NCBI GenBank assembly: GCA_040954595.2
Contig: CM082586.2
Coordinates: 6,620,509-6,684,508 of the forward strand
Origin: Balanoglossus misakiensis
Taxonomy: Eukaryota; Animalia; Hemichordata
Length of the DNA: 64,000 nucleotides
Reading direction: 5' to 3'
A model generated the notes under the pieces. The model saw nothing but the letters and a program-made list of their open reading frames with translations, had not been told where the DNA came from and did no database searches. The translations under genes and the position numbers were made by a program. Below, piece by piece: positions 1 through 13,400 of this stretch. Each line of letters begins with the position of its first letter. The first letter of the stretch is position 1.

Positions 1-1608
1 AGTTGTTACGAGTTATGCTGGCAGGCTGTGCGGGTTCATTAACGAGACGAAAGTATGTAACTGTCTTGTTTATGAGTGACACCGTTTGAAGTTCTTCCTA
101 GACGTCCATAAACAGGTTTAATCCCTTTTTTCTTGCAAGTTCCCTCGGCGACAATCTTACCGTATTGAGTGCATCCCACATGGTCACACTTTGTCCGTGA
201 GATCGCCCATTGTTTTATCTGTCGCGTCACATTTTTACACCCGTATTCAATTTGACAAGAAAAAATAATTTGAAGAAGATCTGCTCTTGTTCAAAATCTT
301 TTTAACTACTGGCCCATCCATCCCTATTGAAGGGACTCCAAACACCGGATGGTTCTGACTATATAAACTACAGTTGTATTACCCCAGCAGGATTATTTAT
401 CGGACTTGCCCGCATTTTGTCAAAACCAACACAAGTGCCACGATAATTACTCTCTCGGATTCGGCGGATAAACTGGCATTTGAACCTATAATACCATCTC
501 ACGACAAAAAAGACACACGTGATTTGCGTCCGTCCTTGTCTACCCGCACATCTCTTTCCTTCAAAAACTTCCAGTTGTGTTTTTTTAGTTAATTGGGTTT
601 AGAATTCAACGTCATTGTCACCCACGTTCACGTCATGTCTTGAAACCAAGAAAGTCAACAAGAATGGATTTTTGATAAAAATTATCATAAATTGGACATG
701 CGTTGAAACTACTACAGCAGCATGATTATCACTCTCGCGGGTATTGAAAGAATTTTTGATTATTTCCACTTAATTTACCAAAAAAAAGTGGCTTGCGTTA
801 TTTTAACAGATTACGTCATTTTAAATTTAAGTCTCATGATTCCAAGCGCTTATCTCGAGCGCAGTTTTAATAAACACACATAGGAAACGTTTTAATAGTC
901 GATGGAAGGATTGCGATATGTCTGCTGATAAATTTCTAATTACCACATAAAAATACACGTGAAATGTATCCATATTTATATTGATGCGTTTGTTTTGCGA
1001 TGATAAAACCGTATATTACATCGCTTATCTGAAAAATCGTAATTACCGAGGTCTTTAGACTTGTCAGTCCGCGCTAAGCACAGTGGGAGAGGTATTGGTC
1101 ATCGTTAATCCGTTCGAGGTGACAATTGGCGAAAAACGCAATTAGCTGCGGCGGAGTAAATGGACGGTGCGGTGGCGGCAAAAAAGGGGCCGTGGATGAA
1201 TAAAGGCCACGGGAAATGAGAATATGCAAAGCGATTGATACTTTCATTAAAATTGTCTTCCTGGCAATTAATAGTACAATAATTATTGACTCGGGGTAAT
1301 TATTTCCAATTCCCGACAGAAACGGCCGATGTAATTATGGAGTGGCGTTTGCCGTCGCGTCACAACTTTCCTCCAGCGGTGACTCATTGGTCAGTCCTTT
1401 CAACGTGGAATCACAAAGATATACGTGTCCGTACATTAATATGCTCTGTGTACGGACAACCTTCCATTCTTCTGATTAAAAGGGCTTTTCATACAACCTC
1501 TTGAGTGTGTTTCAATCTAGTTTTTGTCATGCTGCTGTTGTTGTTAATGGCGGTGGTGATGATGATGATGATGTTGTTGTTGTTTGGTTGTTGTGATTGT
1601 AGTATACA

Positions 1609-1842
1609 CATACATACATACATACATACATACATACATACATACATACATACATACATACATACATACATACATACATACATACATACATACATACATA
1701 CATACATACATACATACATACATACATACATACATACATACATACATACATACATACATACATACATACATACATACATACATACATACATACATACATA
1801 CATACATACATACATACATACATACATACATACATACATACA

Positions 1843-1872
<30 letters not shown>
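1609..1872. repeat. (TACA)n microsatellite, ~66 units, followed by a short (GA)n tract
   Basis: Perfect catacata run. It explains the MYVC/IHTY pseudo-ORFs in the ORF track. Confidence 0.98.
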
Positions 1873-1873
<1 letters not shown>

Positions 1874-3779
1874 TGAAAAACAGGGAGAGAGAGATAGAGA
1901 GAGAGAGAGTGAGTGAATACGAAAAGCAAAAGTTTACGATGGCGCACCTCAACCCAATGCCATTCATTTATCTTTGTCATATGCATATTATAATCTTTGT
2001 ATAGACACAATGTTATCCCTGATCCAATTGCTTCTACTGAATTCAAAACAAAATCAATAAAACGAATAAAATAACCCGCAACTATCAAACAAGGTTTTAA
2101 ATTAATTGTTTGGTTTTTGCAAAACGACTTAGTACTCGCTTGATTTACCTAATCTTGGTGGGAAAATTCAAATTATTCAGAAATTCATAAGCAATTAACT
2201 CGCATCGTTGTGATAAATCTTAATCCGACGAGATACCGCATCTTTTATCATCTTTATAGGGTACAATGTGAACATCGTGTTGATGCTAAATAGAAGAGCA
2301 GTGTGACGTGTTTTCCCTCGGGGTGCATGATATATTGTGTCCATCCGTGACCAGTCAGTGGTATCGGCAATTAGTCGATCCGAACAATATGGCGGGAGGC
2401 AGGGGTGGCGTCGTTTCGCATCATACCACGAGGGACACTCACGTGGTGTGTGTGTGTGGACTGTATATCACATGCGACAGACGGCATATACCCAGAGAAT
2501 TCAACTTCAACGTTAAATCCACGCGCGTGCGCACGTACCCGCATATAGTCGTACAAGACCCAAGTGTGCGCGTCTTAAATCGCTGCTTTTCTACCCTGTC
2601 ACGTGTGAAGGCCAGATTACATGCGCCGCCAGGGCTACGCTATTGAGGCTTTGAAAATGATCTGAAAAAGAATTTCACCCGTGGGCGGCTGTCACATCCA
2701 TTATACATACTTGAGCTGTGCGGTTCGACGAACCGGACGGGCGAAAACACTATAGTCAGATGTATTGTTGCGTGTGAAGGTTTCGTTCCTTCCCGAACTT
2801 TCGGAAGTCTTTTTTTTCCAATAACTTTTTTTGCATACACAAAGTCGGAAAATATAATCCGATCTAGACTACTTCCGTGAACACCCCCTCCGTAAAACAG
2901 AACTGGCCCTCAAAAACATAAAGAAATCCATGAAGATGCGTATTTAGCTCTCACGTACCCGTGTAACGTTGGGGGCGTGCAATAGAAAAATTCTCAGCTG
3001 CATATCCCACGTAAAACACATGGAATTATGACATAAATGCAGTTTACAAGCAAGCCTAGGCAAGCCTGAGCTTAGCCACATAGTTAAATTTCGACTAATA
3101 AAGTCCATCATAAGTTATGTTACATTGAGACGGTTGTTTTGTAATCGACCTAATGGTGAGTCGTTAACACATGTACATGTAGCTGAAGTACCCGGCTCAG
3201 CACGAGGTTTGCCATAGCAGACCTGCCGTCCACACACAACACAAGGCAAAACCACACGCTTCAGTTCTACAGCTAATTACTTTCTTGCCGTGCGACAATG
3301 TAAAAACGTACGTATCATTGGAATTCTTCGGAACCTGGTAGTGATAACCACGGCGATAGCGCGAATAGCGCATTGTAGTTTACTTCACAAGTTTTCGAAC
3401 TTACAGTAAGAAGATTGATTACGGGGATAAATATCACTGCTACGACAGTTAAAATGGGACTTTTAAATGAGCGTTGTTCGGGATTAATTTAAGGAAATTT
3501 TCCGCCAGCTGCAACTTATAGGAAAACAAAGGCGCCATGTTACAGCATAACTTGAGAAAATTACGACGCTTTGTATTGAACTGATGAGCTTTAAGTGCAA
3601 ACAATAGTTATTACTGTTACTTTGAGAAGAGCCCCATCGTTGTTGGCAAATGACGAAGATTAGAAAACAAAAGAAAGAAGACAACGTATAATTAGCAGCC
3701 AGTTTGTCAAAGATCCCACAAGGAAGTTCAGAAACAGATTTGCGGATTAGCTTTTTAGCAAGAAGATTCGTGCGTCAAC

Positions 3780-3891
3780 TGCGCATGCGATACCTTGGCT
3801 CTAACACACACACAAAAAACAAAAGCATTACTCATACGAATGAAAGAGGCGCGCTTCAGCTGACCTGTGACCTCTTTCGCAAGATGGCTGC
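3780..3891 (+). promoter_or_regulatory. Putative KICS2 proximal promoter (NRF1-like and YY1-like motifs)
   Basis: TGCGCATGCG at 3780-3789 and CAAGATGGCTGC at 3880-3891, in a CpG-containing stretch just upstream of ATG 4000. Confidence 0.45.
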
Positions 3892-3999
3892 GCCCTGTCG
3901 ATAAATAAGTCGCACCTGCAAGTTTGCCCCATGATCTTAACGAAGTAGCCACCTGGATAGAATTCTATATCAAATAAGGACTTGCCTTTATGCGTTAAA

Positions 4000-6900
4000 A
4001 TGGCGGAAGCCTGTCCGGCATCTCCAACTCATTCACACGCTTCCATCGACACACCAACATCAAGTTTCTCCGGTAATCCGTTCATACCGCCACCTGTATC
4101 ACAAGAACAAGCGTTGTTAGAAACATTCTTCCGTTCGCTCAGCCTGTTTTCGTACGATAAGGCCAAGGAATGCGCCGTGAGTATATGGATCCCGAGAATA
4201 ACTCACCATAGTTATGTTGTCTTAGCACAAGAATATATGTACATACTTTTGTTTACAATCATTGCAATATTAGCGAAGAAACACACCTGTACCGTAGGGG
4301 AGCGGAGGGATATGCAAATATCCCCACGCAGAAGAAATTAGCATATCCCCTTCTCCACCGTACAGCTGCGTTTCCACAGCTATGACATACACCAGCTGTC
4401 AAGGTATTCAGCAAACCCATGCTTAACCCATGTTAACGAATTAGTAGGACTAAACGTCTGATGTTGACTTTGTTTTTTGATAAAATTCTTCCGTGTCACA
4501 TTCTTGTGTGTTGTAGGACCGAGAACGAGATGCCCGCAAGAGCACATGTGGGAATACGTGGGGCAATATGCTGGTGGCACTGTCTCAGTTGGCAACCACC
4601 GAAAAGACTTACACTTCCCTTCTTTTCCTCAGTGCAAAATGGTTTGCACGCAAGGATGTAAGTACAGTGGATGTGAAATCACACCTCATGCATAAGTCTG
4701 TTCACACGATTGGCTGAGACACAAAATTATGTGACATTGCCCTTGTATCATGTGTTACTATTATAATATACTGCCATTTGAAATTCTGGTCAAATTCTGA
4801 TCCCGTTTTTAAGACACAAAAAGACTGTCTTGGTAAGCTTAATACTGGGCATATCACCATGCTTCAGGGATCGAAAATGCAGTAGACACAAGTACTGGAA
4901 AAAAATAGCCAAAAGTTTAATGGCCAAAAGAGCTTCACCCCACAAACATATGCTAAGGAGGAAGTGCTATTAACCCATGAGATTTTCAACATACTAGATG
5001 CCGACTTTCAGACTGGTATCCTTCAAATTACATGTGCCATATTTTCCTCTCTCAAACTTCTATAGACTCTGAAGAACTCGTACTACACCCTGCTGGGAGA
5101 CTTGAAGAAGATTGAAGAGTTAGGCAAGAACGCCATGGGCGGCACAGCGCCTCAGCTGGAGGAGTTGTTGGCGCATCTCTGCGGACAGCTCTGCCACTAC
5201 ATCAAAGCCAGACAAGATATCATGGACTTGTATCCTTTCAATATTGGACTGATATGCAGTGTGCCCTCTAAGCCCATTTGATGCACCACTGACTCAACAA
5301 ACTCACTGGTGACTCAAGAAAGTATTCCACACTACATGCAATGGTGTAGGGCTGACTCGGATAAATGTCCAGAAAACTTCAAATTGACTCAAAGCTTTTA
5401 AAAATTATGTTAGAGCTGAGGGCACATTACTGATATGCAGAACGAAATTTATATATACTGTACACACAAAACAAGAGATCACTAAGAAAACTAGAAAGTC
5501 TTGTAACAATGAACAACTTTGAGGATTATAATCTCTGCATGGTGAAACTTCAGATGATGAAACTGACACACAGGTAATTGACACTAGATGTATATGATGA
5601 TTTGCATATGTAGTGTTTGATGTCTCCTTATCACAGCCTCAGCTTTGAACAGTTATCAACTCTGGGCAGTCACCGCACTGATATCAACTACTGTGACCTG
5701 GTTAACATCATCACAGAGCACAGTCAAAAGTAAGTGGAGCATGGATGGTCATCAAAAAAACAATCCTAAAATGATAGATACCAGTATGTAGAAACCTGTG
5801 TATTATTTTTGAAGCTCATCTCAACTGTGTCCTTTGTTGCACATTGGCCAATAAATTTTCACAACTTTGAGTTGTTTCCATTGGCCAGTTTTCAATACAT
5901 CTGCAATCGATTCGGACCAACCTGTGAGTTCCAGTCTACAGGATGTGTGAAATTGGAAGGTTTACTGTAAAACACTTTATTTTCGCGAGCAATTAATTTT
6001 CGCGAAATACGCGAGAGCCAAAATAGCGTGAAAATAAAAAGTCGCGGAATTTTTTTTTAAAGATAACGATGCAGCGAATGAAATAAGAGAACGCGAAAAT
6101 TAATACTCGCGAAACAGTGGCCTCTCTCGATATCGCGAAAATTTTAACTCGCGAAAATAAAGTGTATTACAGTATTTCATTTTGTTTTCTCCATCTTCAG
6201 ACACAGCAAAGGTTTTCACCATCCAATCCTGAGTCCCCTCAAGGCTTCCATCAACCAGGAGTTCGACTGTCTGCAGACGTTGCTGCAGGCCGAGCTGGAA
6301 ATATCGCAGTGGAAATTCCTGCAGTCCCTCTTCAAGTTGCAGGAGGTCAGCACCAAGCTGGATGCGTGGGGGATTCCTCAGCAGATGAAAGAGGTCAGTG
6401 ATGCTGCTAAGTTTTGGTGAATCAAAATATGTTTCAGTTGAACTGTGGTAAAACTAGCGTTCATATTTGTCATTCCGACTGAAATTTCGAGCGAAGAAAT
6501 AAAATTTTCCACGTCTCGTTTCAGACAAAGAAGAAACAATCCAGTTCATCCAAAACTGTCGTGGTCCCACCGTTATACCAATGGTTTGTCAAATACAAGA
6601 ATGCTCTGCTCTCTAAGGTAGGCACACCACACACTACTTCAATGATTAGGTTCATAGCCCCGGTTTATACCATAGGGTCTATGGTTGTGGAGTGGAGCGC
6701 CCTCTGTGGCCACACGCACAGTTGGGTGGTCTTCATAAACCAGTCTGATCATGTCCTGGAATTTTGACTGAATTTAATAAGGGTAACCCTTCATTATAGT
6801 AATTCTTTCTTCTCACACTTCGTGCACTTTCTTTATTTTTTCTCACTCTAGTTCAGTTTATACTTCCATGAGATTCTGAGTAAACAGGCCCCGGCTGGCG

Positions 6901-8232
6901 ATATGAAAAACATCGCATCCAAGCTACCTGTAGACTACTATGCTAAGTAAGTACACATTACAACTATGTGCAAGTCAACACCAATTCAAAAGTATCTGCA
7001 AGGGGTGAAACCCAGAAGACGAATATAGACCACGGTACAAACGTCACCATAGAAATATGTGTATGCCATTGAACACAATCATCAATGAGTCTTTGTACAG
7101 AAATCTCATGATTTCCTTAACATTGGATATTCCAAGTATTTTGCATTTGTCTGTTTTGACTTACAGATTTGTGGCTTTCCACAAGAAAACCGACGCTTTC
7201 AACATATCCTTGGTGTTTCACGTACAAGGCTGTGAGGACACGTACAAAGGTCACGGGTACCACCATCCCGGCTCCATGTTTGAACCGGCCACTGGCTTGC
7301 ACAGTTACCCTGCTGTTGTCAGCTATCCCAATGTGAGTAGGTTCTTTGGCGTTTTGCAGTAATGTGGAATGCGGTTGGATGATGATTGAGAAGACAGAGC
7401 TATATAATGGTGGGTTTTTTTCACCAAAAGGTGATGTTGGTGTGGTCTTGGTAGATTATATAATTATGTGAAGGGCTCTCTCTGTCTTTGCAGGACAGAC
7501 CAGCCAATCACTGGCCCAATGTGATCATGTTGATGACCAGTCGTTTGTCCGACCTCAGCTCACATGACAGGCTCGTTTACTTCTATGACAAGGTAGGGTT
7601 TCTCCAAGTCATAGTCCAGAATTTCATCTGTAGTGTTTCAAAAGTCGAGGTTGGCTGCCATTGATTTCATACTACATATGTGTCATGTATCTACCAAGTT
7701 TGATGAACCCACAATAAATGACTACATAGCCATTTATTGTGGGTTTATCAATTTTGTACAAATACTCTGTTAAAATTATTATTGTCTGATTTTGTTTAAC
7801 AGCAATTTCAGAGTACATATTACATTTCCAAGGTGGATGTGCGGATGACCTTAGTGATCATTTACGAATCCAAGAAAAACGAAAAAGATTCGTACGTCAA
7901 CACTTTCATGACAGGTGAGAGTTCAAAGGTCAGGTCACAAAAAATTATGCATGTACACTGCTGTACAGAAAATTGTTTTTCCATATTGAACTGTTTAGTA
8001 CCGGTACTAATCAAATTAAAAGTGTGAGTTTTGGATCAAATCTTGAATACGAATATCATTTTAAATACATGTACTCGAACTATGAATATCAGTCATACAT
8101 ACTTGTACTTTCCTTTGTTTTGGTGACAGTTGTATAATTTGGTTTTCTTGTTTCTGTCTTGTTGCAGAGATGAGTTCTCAGTTGCGAAGCAATAAATTAT
8201 ACGCCAGTTTGAAACCCGGTTCAAGGAGTTGA
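4000..8232 (+). CDS. KICS2: KICSTOR complex subunit 2 (C12orf66 homolog), 11 coding exons, ~463 aa
   Basis: Exons 4000-4176, 4517-4657, 5066-5229, 5643-5729, 6201-6393, 6525-6617, 6852-6946, 7167-7332, 7494-7592, 7803-7914, 8168-8232 join in phase with GT-AG ends. Motifs [45 protein letters not shown] and C-terminal YASLKPG resemble vertebrate C12orf66. Confidence 0.93.
4284..4370. repeat. Short imperfect inverted repeat / possible small MITE in KICS2 intron 1
   Basis: Arms ctgtac..ggagcggagggatatgcaaat and attagcatatccccttctcc..gtacag. Confidence 0.45.
5230..5642 (+). other. U12-type (minor spliceosome) GT-AG intron in KICS2
   Basis: The 5' site is GTATCCTTT. Branch-like TCCTTATC lies at 5625-5632, about 12 nt before the AG at 5641-5642, with no long pyrimidine tract. 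Splicing restores IMDF|FEQL. Confidence 0.88.
5257..5429 (+). mobile_element. hAT-like MITE (family A) with 8-bp target site duplication
   Basis: TIR CAGTGTGCCCTCTA. The TSD CTGATATG is present on both sides (5249-5256, 5430-5437). A second copy lies at 38417-38590 in the opposite orientation. Confidence 0.8.
5965..6172 (+). mobile_element. Tc1/mariner-like MITE (family B), TA target site
   Basis: TIR CTGTAAAACACTTTATTTTCGCGAG flanked by TA. Near-identical copies at 13588-13795 and 39686-39886. Confidence 0.9.
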
Positions 8233-8785
8233 GATACTGGAGGGGATGGTCACACGTCTGTCGTTGGGGGTGCTGGTCACGGAGGATCCTGGGTCGCGCA
8301 GTTCACACACTGGCAGATAATGCAGAGAACTTTACATTTGTAACAAGTGTAAATTATACAGGAAATGATGGCAGTGTTGTCTGTTAGACGCAATCGTCAA
8401 AACTGAGTCGTTTGTAATGGTTTTGTGTGCAACACGATCACAAGGAGAAATGGTGAACTGTTCTGAAGCATTCCTCTGGGTCTGACAGCAGAAAATGTTC
8501 TCAAGAACAAGCATGGTATATGCCATGAAAACTTGCGCTTGGATAAATAATGTTACAAGCATTATAAATCCCAATGTAAATAAGAATATTAAAGTAAGCA
8601 AATAAACTAAATCTTTTTTTTTTTAAATCGTCTCTTTCTTTTGCTTGGAGTACACTTTGGTGCAGTGTACCAAGAGTTCTCAGTTACAGGGCTTGATAGA
8701 GGACTCAATGACTGCCATCCTTTACTAACATGGACTTGCAGCAAAGATTCATACTTGTGCAACTCTTCTTTGTATGAAGAATACA

Positions 8786-9671
8786 TCATAGTCCCCTCTC
8801 CATAGCGTTGTACTCCTGAGCCCAGCAGCCTTTGAAGGAGTTCAGTCTGACATCGATTTCACCGTCTTCCAACTGAAAAGCAAGACAAGACAAAACACGA
8901 CAGCTGTCAGTTGCACGCACATGATCGATTCCCACTCTGAAAACACATAGGGGGAATATCTTTGTTAAAGGTATACGGTCACCTAAGGAAAATTAGCTAT
9001 AGTTACCATGGCAAATTGAGATCTAGCCAATCACAGATTTTCAGTGGGTGGCACACGCGAAAAAAGGGCGCCACCATGTGTTCTTTAGAACGCTTAAATA
9101 CGCCATTTCTGCCATATATGGGCCTATGTAAATTGGAGGTGACTGTATACCTTTAATCTTGACGATACAAGTCAGAACCTAGAATGGGTATGTGTCCATG
9201 TCAGTCGGTGCAAACCACAACTCACCTCATCAAATGCATACAGCTCCTTGTAGCACCTCTGTGACATGCAGGTGCGCACACACCTGGTTCTTGTAATCCC
9301 CGCTGGAATATTGGAACACTCTTCTGTCTTTTCACACCGGTTTCGCTCGCCTTTATACCGTCGCTCCTGTATGGAGAAAGGAGTACGAAATCCGAGAATT
9401 CAGTCTAAATTTGCATGTGTGGTCAAGGGTCAAACAAATGGCCATAAATATTTCAATATATGAAATAATAACTATTAATGAAATGAACGAACATACGAGT
9501 TACTGATGTACACATACTCACCATTTTTGGCTTTTTTCGATAGCTGTAGCGTGGAAATTCAAACGTTTTCCCATATACAATTAGACACAGGTCTAAAAGG
9601 ATGAATAACAAGAGGCAAAGTGCCAGTTGTTTTACCATCTTGCATCTCGACAATGACATCATCATATGCAT
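8786..9671 (-). CDS. Small secreted Cys-containing protein, DUF4787-like, 3 coding exons, ~115-125 aa
   Basis: Exons 9671-9522, 9366-9226, 8872-8786 join in phase 0. It has a signal-peptide-like LALCLLLFILLDLCLIVYG and the motif CVRTCMSQRCYKELYAFDELEDGEIDVRLNSFKGC, which I recall from DUF4787. The start Met is uncertain. Confidence 0.8.
8969..9152 (+). mobile_element. Kolobok-like MITE (family C), TTAA target site
   Basis: TTAA-AGGTATACGGTCACCT...AGGTGACTGTATACCT-TTAA with AG..CT termini. An inverted copy lies at 33988-34161, with degraded pieces at ~19050-19180 and ~26190-26335. Confidence 0.85.
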
Positions 9672-10455
9672 GGTAGGATTTCAACTGCTGGCTTGGCCGG
9701 AGAATGTCTGGTGTGCGAGATGGAGGGACACCTCATACAACAACAAACCATTCTTTCAATAAAACCATTTCCTAGAGGTTTAACATATCAAAGTTAAGAC
9801 AGGGTACTAATTACCTCCAGAGTCCAGCATTTACGCATATGTACATCTCATGCCCAATGTTTTCGTGCTACTGCGGCTAGCCTGCGATTCAAATTCACTT
9901 TCAGATGTGGGCGCCCAGACGAAACTGTAGTTAGCCTCAGACTCAGAATACTAGTAGGGCTACAGATCCAATTTCAGTTGGGGCGCCCTCTGATACGTTT
10001 ACAGTACACAGAATCATCCTTGTCTTTTTATACCAAAAAAACCTGCACGATACACAAAGATTTTCTAGAAAAAACAAGAGAAGATAAGAGCTTTATTTCT
10101 TATTCTTTAATCAATATATGTCATGAAATCAACAGTTTTAAAAACTGGTTAAAGTTACAAAACAATGGTTTTAATATTGAGAAAATCATCCTTATGCTTT
10201 CTGAATCAATCTTGCTTTGTTCAATAAAAATTTACAACTTGGCTACAATAAATAAACAAGAAATTGATGGCAGTGTGTTTGATACTGCAACCAAGAATAA
10301 AAGACACCAGTTTCGCTGCTCTGACAAATTATATCCGTTCCCGATCACTGAATTCAGCCACAGAGGTGAAAGGACAACACACTGGTTTCCATTCCTCAGT
10401 CATACAGAAATACAGGCAGGGTTCTCACTGTAAAACGTCCCAGCTGCGGCCTGCG

Positions 10456-13400
10456 CTACCTCGGCTGTTGCAGTTCATCTGACGGCTGCAGTTCTCCCGC
10501 TTGTTGCTGCGATTCACTGGATGTAACACTTTCCTGATCATCTAACTCCTCCTCCTCGTCTTTCTCTTCTTCCCCATCATCCTCTTGCCTCTCAGACGAT
10601 TTCCATTTCGCGCTTCTCTTGCTGAACGTCGACATGGCCTTTTCGGCACCCCTCTGTCTCAAAGCCTTTATGAAGTGAAGTCTCACCAGCCCAGCATTGC
10701 CACCGCTCAACAACCACTGATGACTGCCCAGATTCGGGTTCCAACATATCTAGCGCAGGTAAAAAGCCAACAATTAACATATACATTCAGAGCATAGCCT
10801 GTATTCTCACCTTTTCAAATACCAAACAGCTACAATATGCTGTTGCGAAAGAAGATCAACTGTCCACGAAATGTAATTTGTATCATTTTCATGAGTTCAA
10901 CATAGCTTTTCAGTAAAATGTAAATTCTGAGTGTCTCTAGCACTTACCTTGTTCACTGATTCCACCGGAAAGTGATCTGGTTTGGGGTGTGCTTTCAGGT
11001 TGTCTCCATGCACCCTCTGGAAGGACTTGCTTTTGTGAATCCCAACAAAGGATGTCTGGGATGATAAGAGAGAAAACATTAAGAGTGAGAGTTGGGGGAG
11101 TTGGAAGGGAGGGGATGGGAGGTAGAGAGGGAGAGAAAGACAGACATTTTTTAAAGTAATGCACTTTTTCAGCAACTAAAACAACACGCACATACTCTAA
11201 TATATATTATTATTTTGATGTTTGATATGCGGAAAATAATGCCATAAATATTAAAACAAGAAACTCACCAAATTAGCATCCTGATAAACAAGGCAGTAAT
11301 CGTCATGCAGCCCAGCATAGTCGCTGGGAAGTTGGTCTTCATGAGTTTCTTTCGTGATCTCCCCCTGGACAGTGGATTCACTTTTGCATTTGGTGTCAGT
11401 ACTCTTGTCCGCACTGCAAGTATTTGCATCAATATTCTTATTCCCTTCAGAAGTGGCAGTTTGATTTCCGACGGATGGACAATCCAAGTCTCCATTCCTT
11501 GTGGATTTCGCTGCAATGTCAGGATTCTCAGATGACAATGCATGGCTGTTCCGGACATCACCTTCCCCCATAGTGTAATTTTTCACCAAAATTTCCTGAG
11601 TTTGGTTCGGGAGGTGCTTGTGCAACTTTGCCTGCGCTGTTGTACTCGTCTTCGCAACCTGATCACATGTTCTGCCACTCTGACTGAAGCACTGACTTTT
11701 CTCGTTTGTGGCACTACCATCTTTGCTTTTTCCCTGAGTGCACTTATCTGCAGATTTAGTGTCATCTACACTCCACACATTGACAGGCTTGTCCATGTTA
11801 TTCACCAAGCCTTCAGACTTGCTATCTTCAGTCGCTTCTTTGTCGTCTGACAAACACTCTCTGCCTCGTTCACTAGTTCTGCCTGAGTTTTCTGAGCGTT
11901 GTAAATGTCGATCGGTACGCAAGGACCTTGGTGATATTGTAGTTCTGCCGCTATTGTCATCAGCAGTTCTATTTCCTCTGCAATTATCACAATCTCTTTT
12001 GTCCTCATTTAAGAGTTGATCACCATCATTACACGATCCTGCTTTATCCGTAGTCTTTGACTCGACTTTGTCGGTAGTTCTGTTGCAAGTAAAACAATCT
12101 TGCCTGTTATTCACAGCATCACCGCTGGCATCATCATTTGTCATCACATTGGTTTGATCCCGCTCATCCTTTTTTGTTACCAAGGCAACAGTTTCCTTTT
12201 CTATTTTTCCCTCCTTCACACTTGTCTCTCCATCCTTAGCACCCGTGTCCAATGACGTCAGCTCGTCTCTACTTTCTGCCTCCACGGATTCCTGTCCGCC
12301 TACTTTATTTGCAGCATCTGTTTCCATGACTACAGTTTCCATGGCAGTCCCATCGGCAGAAATCGCTGCTTTCTCTTGAGCAGTATCGTTCACTGCGTCG
12401 GATGCAATCGTTTCTGTGTCTCTCTTCACGATGGATACGGTGTAGATAGGCTGGCAGAAAAACAGATCAAAATACAACATGTGTCAATGATCATTCTGGT
12501 CTGTCACAAACAAGTTGCTATGAGAATACACCCTTTTCATAGGCCTATAGCACCCTCATGCAGCCATCTTGAATTTGAACTCAACACAAAGCCAATGGGG
12601 AATGTTGGCCAATCACATCAATGGTGTTTCGCTTTGAGTTCAAATTCATGATGGCTGCGTGAGCTATCGACTACTGTAAAGGGTGTATGACCTCTGGCTA
12701 GTTTTGCTATGACCTCCACCTTACTGTTGTAATGAATACAGCATCACCCAAATTCTTGCTTTCTTACAGATAGATACAAGTTTATTTTCTTTCGGACACA
12801 GCTTCTGTATCATGTTCATACTTACAAATCTTCTTCTATATGTTCCTTTGGTGTATACGTTAAATCTATGTACATCGGGAAGAACAACACCTAGAACATG
12901 CCCAAGACTGTCACTAGCTGTCAATGTGTTCAGCCACTCAGAATAAGATAAACTCTGTTGAAAAAAGGAACATTTCCTTAGTCAGTACCGGTACCTTTAT
13001 GTTAATTCTCTCAACATAAATTTAAGAGAATGATTTTACTATAACGAAAAGATGAGAGGAAATTATACACTCTTTTCAAAGATGATAAGTCCTTAAAAGT
13101 TTTTGAAAATTACCACATAGCGAAAGACACTACTTGCTTCCTATTTTGAACAATGCTTTAAAATTGATAAAAGATTTACATTAAAAATTACAGCTAGAAA
13201 TAGTTTTCATGGGATACTTAATCCCAGCATAGTACTCTCTGTTTAATACTCACCCAAATACATGCATTTATAATGGTCAGATTAATTGGTTTCTGCTCAT
13301 GGAAGCCCGTTTCAACCCAGTGAATACCAACATGACTATGGTTTCCAGTGCTGTGAACAAAAAAGAACCCCAAATCAGACTTCCGTTTTCAATGTGTTCA

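Noticed and set aside
39-230. Coding exon at the window start
   Set aside because: No recognisable protein similarity; only a donor-like site.
1489-2088. Long MYVC/IHTY ORFs (also 63184-63466 and 51391-51601)
   Set aside because: They are translations of microsatellites.
5016-5024. Second U12-like donor GTATCCTTC in KICS2 intron 2
   Set aside because: There is no plausible upstream exon and the normal exon chain is complete without it.
9772-9814. Mini-intron creating a 41-aa uORF that overlaps the DUF4787 start
   Set aside because: A 43-nt intron is much shorter than any other intron here (about 90 nt or more), and there is no other support.
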